From assembly GCA_964565685.1 (NCBI GenBank), contig CAZMFR010000004.1, forward strand, positions 5,077 through 69,076: DNA of 64,000 nucleotides, given 5' to 3'. This document shows, piece by piece, positions 57,332 through 64,000 of the stretch. Positions within the stretch are counted from its first letter, which is position 1, and every line of letters begins with the position of its first letter. Source of the stretch: an uncultured Candidatus Saccharibacteria bacterium (GTDB lineage: Bacteria > Patescibacteriota > Minisyncoccia > Phycocordibacterales > PALSA-1337). The notes under the pieces were generated by a model that was not told the DNA's origin, did no database searches, and saw nothing but the letters and a program-made list of their open reading frames with translations. A program made the position numbers and the translations under genes.

Positions 57332-58219
57332 TTATTGGAGCATCTGTTCGATCGCGGTCGAGCTCGTCGTTCCAGTGTTGAGATCAGCTTTGAGAGTGGC
57401 AAAATATTGTTTTATCGCTCCAAATGCATTTGAAAGATCTTGCAGAGCATTCAAGTATTGTCCAGCACCCTCCAAGCTGGCTGCGGGATCGGTATCGGTC
57501 ATCCTCAGGAGCTCTGCCACCGATAACCGTTCGCTCATGGCATTGATCAGATCCAAATGCATGCTAGCAATGGAAGGCGGAACAGTCATAGCGATGAGAC
57601 CGTTCAAAATGTTCTTATATGATGCGATGATCGGGTCTATCTTTTTCAGGATCGATGGGTCGTTCTGTTCTGCGCTATCTCTTGCATAAGTGGCCTCGTT
57701 CCCCACAGCATCATTATTTTTAAACAAGGCGCCAAGGATTTGGCCGTATATCAAATCTGCATTGATGCTGTCGTCCTTGCCGATTTTAATGTCGGAGAAA
57801 GCATATACTTTTGCTTGCGGCACTATGTTCGGGTTGCTCAGGACATTGGACACCATTGAATCTATGGTATCGGTGCTCTCGTCACCCCCGGACTGTTGCA
57901 ATTGCAGATAATCAGAGACGAGAACCTCGCCCAGTTTTGCCGTCGTCGTCAGCGGCGCAGAATTCATAGATGTCGTTCCTGAACCCAAAGAGCCATTATT
58001 CCCAAGATTGCTTATACCGGCTCCGACAAGGACTTTTTGCCAGTCACTGTCTGCTAATATAGGGTTTTGTGTGTTTTCGGACGAGACGGATATTTTATTG
58101 GTCGAATAAGCAACACTCGACGGCAACACACTCCAATATTGGTCGACACAGAAAACTCCTCCTATTACGGCGACTGCCGCTATGATCATCCACATTGTTT
58201 TTTTGCTAGGGTGGTTCAC
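57332..58219 (-). CDS. membrane-anchored helical protein, first gene of the cluster
   Basis: N-terminal TM, VPPSIASMHLDLIN, DPA; GTG start. Confidence 0.7.
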   Translation of the reverse strand: MNHPSKKTMWMIIAAVAVIGGVFCVDQYWSVLPSSVAYSTNKISVSSENTQNPILADSDWQKVLVGAGISNLGNNGSLGSGTTSMNSAPLTTTAKLGEVLVSDYLQLQQSGGDESTDTIDSMVSNVLSNPNIVPQAKVYAFSDIKIGKDDSINADLIYGQILGALFKNNDAVGNEATYARDSAEQNDPSILKKIDPIIASYKNILNGLIAMTVPPSIASMHLDLINAMSERLSVAELLRMTDTDPAASLEGAGQYLNALQDLSNAFGAIKQYFATLKADLNTGTTSSTAIEQMLQ

Positions 58220-58347
58220 GAGGGTTTCATATAAATTTCGCTGGGAGTCAGCAGTTCTCTAAAAATAATTCACGAACACCAAGTCAATTGTAGCAAAGAT
58301 ATATGGCTATTTGGCTAGACCCATGTGGAAAAGGTTTCGGGTGCTTT

Positions 58348-59304
58348 TTACGATCTTGTCTCTTTGACAATATCTATCCACTGTTCCAGAGTAAATGTTT
58401 CTGCTCTAGCGTTTATCGGCCAATTTTTACTTGTCCACAGCTTTTCCAGAGTTTGTGCAGGTATGACTTTTGCTAAATTACCCCTTAATACCTTGCGTTT
58501 ATGGGCAAAACCGGCACGGACTATGTCAAAAAAGCGCTTTTCATCTATTTTGTTGTTTTTACATAGGTTGGAATGTCGCAATTCACCTTGCTCGGCACTG
58601 AACTCATTCTTTCTACAAACTACCCCGTGCTTTTCCAAGCCAAGCTCTCGCATCGAATGCTCGCCGCGTAGCTTTCCAAGAGAAGTATCCAATGACTCGC
58701 CTTGATTACTTGTAAAAGTTTTCTTGCCCATATTATCTATCAGAATGATAGCCGAATCGACGCTTGGCATCGGTCTAAAGAATCTTTTTGGCACAGTATC
58801 GATATATTTTGGCTCGCCATACGCCTTCACTGATATAGAGAGGATGCTTTCTTTGCCGTTGGTCGCAACAATTCTTTTTGCTACCTCTTTTTGGACGAGG
58901 AGAACCATTCGTGAAGGGTAGGCCTCCGCAGTAAGAAATTTTCTCAAAATTTCACCGGTTATGTAATAAGGGATATTAGCCACAATTACATATTTCTTTT
59001 TTTTAAGGTCCAGGTCTTGAGGTTTTATTTTCAATGTGTCGTCCTGGACAAGTTTCAATTTTCCTGAGTCGATTTCTGCCGCGAAATTTTCTTTCATATA
59101 ATCGATCGATCTTTCGTCTTTTTCTACCGCAATGACGTTTGCCCCAGCATTCAAAAGTCCCCGAGTCAAAATACCCTTGCCCGGTCCGATTTCGAGCACA
59201 GTCATATTCGGTTCGATCCTTGCCGCATGAATCATCGCACCGACCACATTCGGCGCATGTAAAAAATGTTGCCCAAGAGATTTTTTTGCGATAAAAGAGG
59301 TCAT
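58348..59304 (-). CDS. rsmA: 16S rRNA dimethyltransferase KsgA with a 51-aa insertion
   Basis: KKSLGQHFL, EIGPGKG, ANIPYYIT, QKEVA, FAHKRK, RAE. Confidence 0.96.
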   Translation of the reverse strand: MTSFIAKKSLGQHFLHAPNVVGAMIHAARIEPNMTVLEIGPGKGILTRGLLNAGANVIAVEKDERSIDYMKENFAAEIDSGKLKLVQDDTLKIKPQDLDLKKKKYVIVANIPYYITGEILRKFLTAEAYPSRMVLLVQKEVAKRIVATNGKESILSISVKAYGEPKYIDTVPKRFFRPMPSVDSAIILIDNMGKKTFTSNQGESLDTSLGKLRGEHSMRELGLEKHGVVCRKNEFSAEQGELRHSNLCKNNKIDEKRFFDIVRAGFAHKRKVLRGNLAKVIPAQTLEKLWTSKNWPINARAETFTLEQWIDIVKETRS

Positions 59305-59346
59305 TGGCTTAAGTATAACAAGTTCTAGACACCGGGTAATTGTATG

Positions 59347-61302
59347 TTAAAAATCCATGAATATCATCTTTGCGAGATTCGGTCGATCCTGTTCGACCTC
59401 GGTCTCTTCTTCGATCAATTCATCGCCGATGTCAGCGATGAACTCAGACGGAGAATTTATTCTCTGAGAGCCATAGACTGTGCGCATCTGCGCCCAGCTC
59501 AAAAAGACTTTTTTGCGCGCTCGAGTCAATGCAACATAAAAAAGCCGTCGTTCCTCCTCTTCTTCTCCTTGACTCAGTTCTTCCCTGCCCATTCGTTCGT
59601 GCGGAAACAGATCTTGCTCTAACCCAGCGATGAAAACATAATCGAACTCGAGGCCTTTTGACGCATGAACCGTCATCAATCTGACCGCGTCTTTGTCTTC
59701 TTTTAGCTCGTCTTGGTCTGTGGCCAGGGCGGCGTTCGAGAGGAGGGATTCTACCGCTTCACCAATTGGTAGATTATCATAGGTTCGCGCCACGCTGGCC
59801 AACTCCCTCATGTTTTCGAGCTTTTCCTCTTCATCCGCGTTCTTTCTCGACGCAGACTCTATGCCGGTTCTTCCCAGAACGAATTTGATCAGCTCCGACG
59901 GTTTTTTTGATAGAGCGACGTCTCTGATCTCATCCAACATTTTTTGAAAGTCATCTATCTTTGTCTGCATCGCTCTGGTCAAACCGGATTCATCGTGCGC
60001 CAAGACCTTCATCATGGTTGCTTTTCCTATCCCGCGCGGTGGAACGTTTATGATGCGCACCAAATCTGCGGCACCGTCACGGTTTAGAGAAGCTCTGATG
60101 AATGACAATACGTCTTTGACTTCTTTTCTTTCAAAAAACCGCACGCCGAGCACCTGATACGGCACCTCTTTTCTCAAAAAAGACTCTTCCAAAATACGCG
60201 ACTGGAAGTTTGCTCGATAAAGCACGGCGATTTCTTTCGGCTGCGCGCCTTTTTTTATCAAATCTCTACAGGTTTCCGCGATATCTCTCGCCTCATCGGT
60301 TTCCGTGTAATCAGCCGTCAGTTTTATTTTTTCTCCGGCGGCATTCTGTGTGAAAAGATTTTTTTCGCGGCGCATGGCATTCTTCTTTATGACATTATTG
60401 GCCGCCGCCAAGATGTTTTTCGTTGAACGGTAATTTTCCTCTAGGATGACGATCTTTGCATCCGGATAATCCTTTTCAAAATTCAGGATGTTCTCGATGG
60501 TCGCTCCCCTCCAGCTGTAGATATTTTGATCTATGTCGCCGACAACACATAGGTTTTTGTCTTGTCCGACCAGAAGCCGGACAATCTCATATTGCACGCC
60601 GTTCGTATCCTGATATTCATCGACGTGTATGTGCGTCCAAATTTTTGCATAATGCTCTCGTACAGCCGTGTTGTCTCTCAGGATATTCATTGTTTTAAGT
60701 AGAAGATCGTCGAAATCAAGCGCTTTTTCTCTCATCAAGACCGATTCGTATCTTTCCCAAACGCTAAAAACTATTTTGGAACGATAGTCGTTCCCTGCGC
60801 TGTTTCTATATTCCTGTGCCGACTTGCCATCGCCTTTTGCTCTGGATATCGCAGACAGGATGTTCGCTGGATCATTTCTTTCTTTGTCTAGTCCTAGTTG
60901 TTCCAGAGCATCCTTGATCGCTTTTTTTGAGTCGGCTCTGTCAAAAATAGTGAAATGCCTGTTCAAGCCGATCAACTGCGCATTTTCGCGGATTATGTGC
61001 ACGCCGAGCGCATGAAACGTGCTGACAAACGGCCGTTCTCGCATTGAAATAGGCAAATTCAGGTCTTTATCTGTTTCGAGCATGCTGTTCACACGGTCTC
61101 GCATCTCTTTTGCCGCTTTATTTGTAAAAGTAATTGCTAGGATGCTGTGCGGGTTAGTGCCGCTTTTGATCAGATTGAGGATACGATGAACGATAGTCTT
61201 TGTTTTTCCGGCCCCAGCCCCAGCCAAAATAAGAAGCGGGCCATCGAGGTTTTCCGCCGCTTCTTTTTGTTTAGCGTTAAGTTCTATAATTGATCTGTCC
61301 AT
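59347..61302 (-). CDS. pcrA: UvrD/PcrA DNA helicase
   Basis: AGAGAGKT, TFTNKAA, VDEYQDTN, NYRST, TVHASKGLEF, EERRLFYVALTRA. Confidence 0.95.
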   Translation of the reverse strand: MDRSIIELNAKQKEAAENLDGPLLILAGAGAGKTKTIVHRILNLIKSGTNPHSILAITFTNKAAKEMRDRVNSMLETDKDLNLPISMRERPFVSTFHALGVHIIRENAQLIGLNRHFTIFDRADSKKAIKDALEQLGLDKERNDPANILSAISRAKGDGKSAQEYRNSAGNDYRSKIVFSVWERYESVLMREKALDFDDLLLKTMNILRDNTAVREHYAKIWTHIHVDEYQDTNGVQYEIVRLLVGQDKNLCVVGDIDQNIYSWRGATIENILNFEKDYPDAKIVILEENYRSTKNILAAANNVIKKNAMRREKNLFTQNAAGEKIKLTADYTETDEARDIAETCRDLIKKGAQPKEIAVLYRANFQSRILEESFLRKEVPYQVLGVRFFERKEVKDVLSFIRASLNRDGAADLVRIINVPPRGIGKATMMKVLAHDESGLTRAMQTKIDDFQKMLDEIRDVALSKKPSELIKFVLGRTGIESASRKNADEEEKLENMRELASVARTYDNLPIGEAVESLLSNAALATDQDELKEDKDAVRLMTVHASKGLEFDYVFIAGLEQDLFPHERMGREELSQGEEEEERRLFYVALTRARKKVFLSWAQMRTVYGSQRINSPSEFIADIGDELIEEETEVEQDRPNLAKMIFMDF

Positions 61303-61662
61303 TAAGATGAATTAGGTAATAATAGCAGAAAATAAGCTTTAAAAAGAAAAATATATGGATAAGTATCAGATATGAATGCGTATGCTTCATGCTCATACCA
61401 TCTAATAATGCTTATTTTGGTCATAAAAACACCGCTATTTTTATCAACAAGTTCTGCACAAAGTCAAATTGACCCAAGGCACGAATTTTGCTAATATTGC
61501 CCAAGTGCCTATCTGGGCATAATTCTCTGCAAAGCCGTCAAATCCATACCGCCGACCTGCCTGTCCATCACGATTGAATGCCTGTCCGACCCATCTGTTA
61601 TGAATCTAACCCCCTTATATAAAAATCCACAGCATTCCGCATTTTTCCTATATACCAAGGAA

Positions 61663-62736
61663 ATGATTATTAGTTTTGTTGTGATCTTCTTGCCTATGAT
61701 TTTCCCAGAAGTCGTGCACGCCAACTTCTTTTCTTTTATAGATTCTTTTGTCGGTCAAACAGCATCTGCCGACGAAGCATCCTCGACCAGCTCTACATAT
61801 AATTCGGTAACCAACCCGTTTATTCTAGAGGCGGCCAATAGTTTCAATCCAATTTCCACTTCTAGCGACGAGGTTCTGGCTGTAGCTGATGAGACGTTGA
61901 TGCCGTCTGTCGGTCCGGCTGGCAGCATTGCCGATATTGACAGCCAGCCGGCAGATATTTCTCCGAGCTTTTATGTAGTACAGCCGAAAGACACGATTTC
62001 TCTTGTCGCCGAAATGTTCGGAGTGTCTGTAGATACGATCAAATCGGCTAACAATTTCACATCATCTTCGATTTCTCCGGGACAGGTCCTCGTCATTCCT
62101 CCAATTTCCGGATTAACCTATACGATAAAGAAAGGCGACACGATAGGAACTATTGTGGCGAAATACAAAGCTGATCTGGGAGACGTTCTTGAATACAACG
62201 ATATGCCGTCAGCAGAGACATCGTTGGCTATAGGCGACACTATTTTTGTTCCTAACGTTAATGTTAGCGTCAGCAATATCCCTAGCAATATAATTCCACA
62301 CCAAAAATTGCCGCACGATGGAGCATCGCCTCTCATTCCTGGCTATGGCGGTCCTGTGGCTCCTGGTCCATATGCTGGCGGGTATTACGCGTGTCCTGTA
62401 CATGGTTCGTGGCTTTCGCAAGGCCTTCATGGCCACAATGCTGTCGACTTGGCTATAGGCATCGGCAATCCTATTTATGCTGCGGCTGACGGTACTGTCA
62501 TTATCGCAAGATCTGGCGGTTGGGATGGCGGTTATGGTAATTATATCGTCATCGCCCACTCGAATGGCACGGAAACTCTCTACGCTCACGCCAAAAAGCT
62601 ATTTGTAAAAGCGGGCGATGTTGTTACTCAGGGTGAAAAAATTGCAGAAGTCGGCGTCACTGGTGAAACTACTGGTCCACATCTACATTTTGAAGTCCGT
62701 GGTGCCGCTAACCCGTTTCTGACTGTGAAGTGTTAA
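61663..62736 (+). CDS. LysM x2 plus M23 peptidase (start uncertain, 61600 possible)
   Basis: YVVQPKDTI and YTIKKGDTI LysM repeats, HNAVD, YAH, TGPHLHFEV. Confidence 0.92.
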   Translation: MIISFVVIFLPMIFPEVVHANFFSFIDSFVGQTASADEASSTSSTYNSVTNPFILEAANSFNPISTSSDEVLAVADETLMPSVGPAGSIADIDSQPADISPSFYVVQPKDTISLVAEMFGVSVDTIKSANNFTSSSISPGQVLVIPPISGLTYTIKKGDTIGTIVAKYKADLGDVLEYNDMPSAETSLAIGDTIFVPNVNVSVSNIPSNIIPHQKLPHDGASPLIPGYGGPVAPGPYAGGYYACPVHGSWLSQGLHGHNAVDLAIGIGNPIYAAADGTVIIARSGGWDGGYGNYIVIAHSNGTETLYAHAKKLFVKAGDVVTQGEKIAEVGVTGETTGPHLHFEVRGAANPFLTVKC

Positions 62737-64000
62737 GTCAATTTTTGCCTATATTGAAGCGCTTCCAAAATGTGCGATTTATCGACCTCGGCTTTTCTGT
62801 CCAAATCTGCGATCGTTCTAGAGATTTTAAGTATGCGATGATAACCGCGGCCAGAAAGACCGAGGCGTTCAGCGGTTGATGAGAGAAACAAGGACAATGT
62901 CGGAGAAAGCGAAATGATTTTTCCCATTTCCGTGACGCCGAGCTCGCTGTTGCATTTCGGCTTTATCCCAAATATTTTACATCGTTCGTATTGTATGTTT
63001 CTGGCTTCCTCTATGCGCATGCTTATTGTCTCTGACGACTCATTTTTTTCTTCAATCGCGCCGAATTTTTCATATTCGATCTTTGACACTGCAACCCAGA
63101 CGTCTATGCGATCAATGAGCGGACCTGAGATTTTTCGCAGATATTGCTGTTTGACACCCGGACTGCAAGTACAACGATCGTCGCCGTATCCGCATGGGCA
63201 AGGATTCATGGCGGCGATCAGAATACAGCTAGCAGGAAAAGTGACAGATCCGCGCACGCGAGATACAGTGATCTTCTTTTCTTCCAATGGCTCGCGCAAT
63301 GCATCAATGACACTAGAGTTAAATTCTGGAAACTCATCTAGAAATAGCACCCCGCGATGAGCCAAAGTGATTTCTCCTGGCTGTGGCAAAGCCCCGCCTC
63401 CTATGAGTGACGCATATGAAGCAGTATGATGTGGCGCTCGAAACGGTGGCTCGGTTATTATATCTTTACCGAGAGTCCTCGCTATAGAATGGATAGCTGT
63501 GACCTCAATGATCTCGTCTTCGGTGAGAGGTGGCAAAATGCCACGAAATGCTTTTGCCAACATGGTTTTGCCTGTGCCTGGAGGACCATATAGGGCGATA
63601 TTGTGTCCTCCAGCTGCTGCAATCTCCAAACCGCGCTTTGCAGATTCCTGACCGCATATTAGGGACATGTTCATCTCTATTTTTGGTCTGCTTTTGTTGA
63701 TTTCTGTTTTTGCAATAGGAGTCAAACCACAGCCCCTATGCTCTTCTAAGTGGCCGATGATTTCTTCGAGCCGAGAAACAGGATAGATGCGCGCGTTTCT
63801 GACCAATCCTGCCTCGATTGCGTTCTCACTGGGGATAAATATTTCAGAAAAGCCCAAACCAGCAGCTGTCTTGACGATCGGCAAGACGCCGTGGACTCTT
63901 CGAACCGACCCATCCAACGCCAGTTCGCCTAGGAATAATTTCTTTTCTGGATCAAAATCAATATCCCCGCAAGCCAATAGATAGGCCAATGCCATTCCGA
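62733..64000 (-). CDS. comM: ComM/YifB Mg-chelatase-like ATPase (5' end outside the window)
   Basis: GELALDG, GPPGTGKTMLA, PFRAPHH, LAHRGVLFLDE, MNPCPCG, RTIADL. Confidence 0.93.
   Translation of the reverse strand, partial: GMALAYLLACGDIDFDPEKKLFLGELALDGSVRRVHGVLPIVKTAAGLGFSEIFIPSENAIEAGLVRNARIYPVSRLEEIIGHLEEHRGCGLTPIAKTEINKSRPKIEMNMSLICGQESAKRGLEIAAAGGHNIALYGPPGTGKTMLAKAFRGILPPLTEDEIIEVTAIHSIARTLGKDIITEPPFRAPHHTASYASLIGGGALPQPGEITLAHRGVLFLDEFPEFNSSVIDALREPLEEKKITVSRVRGSVTFPASCILIAAMNPCPCGYGDDRCTCSPGVKQQYLRKISGPLIDRIDVWVAVSKIEYEKFGAIEEKNESSETISMRIEEARNIQYERCKIFGIKPKCNSELGVTEMGKIISLSPTLSLFLSSTAERLGLSGRGYHRILKISRTIADLDRKAEVDKSHILEALQYRQKLT

Noticed and set aside
825-63984. Numerous 60-150 aa antisense or shifted ORFs overlapping recognised genes
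   Set aside because: Shadow ORFs of real genes with no motifs or initiation signals
1-64000. rRNA, tmRNA, RNase P RNA, SRP RNA, retron, integron integrase, alternative genetic code
   Set aside because: No diagnostic motifs seen; conserved genes end normally at TGA, consistent with code 11

Overview
Origin-proximal 64 kb of a small-genome bacterium whose gene content and style point to Patescibacteria/CPR, probably Parcubacteria (inference). The backbone carries dnaN-dnaA | rpmH-rnpA-yidC with DnaA-box clusters, polA, holA, dispersed ruvA/ruvB/ruvC, ruvX, mutM, pcrA, comM, tyrS, murE, a class A PBP, rsmA, rplS and rpsT. There are seven tRNA genes (His, Leu, Val, Arg-TCT, Ser, Arg-GCG, Lys), a pilMNO-type operon, a PilB/GspE ATPase and an oriC-adjacent VirB4/PrgI/VirB6-like secretion cluster with no relaxase or coupling protein in view. 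Accessory DNA sits downstream of tRNAs and as single-gene units between core genes. Most notable unexplained structure: (i) a 37-bp direct repeat with dif-like arm/6-bp-spacer/arm symmetry that brackets a foreign immunity-like gene next to tRNA-Arg(GCG), with a third copy breaking exactly after the spacer and a dif-like 28-mer beside the tRNA; (ii) a perfect 88-bp promoter-containing repeat heading two different small genes opposite a TrmB-like regulator; (iii) a dispersed palindrome ACAATGTAnnTACATTGT; (iv) apparently leaderless core genes versus SD-led accessory genes, including two genes whose ATG abuts a tRNA 3' end; (v) a 6S-like structured RNA and other candidate ncRNAs; (vi) in-frame insertions in rsmA and tsaE. 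No CRISPR array, cas gene, reverse transcriptase or intact integrase is visible. All family calls come from motif recognition by eye, not from database searches.
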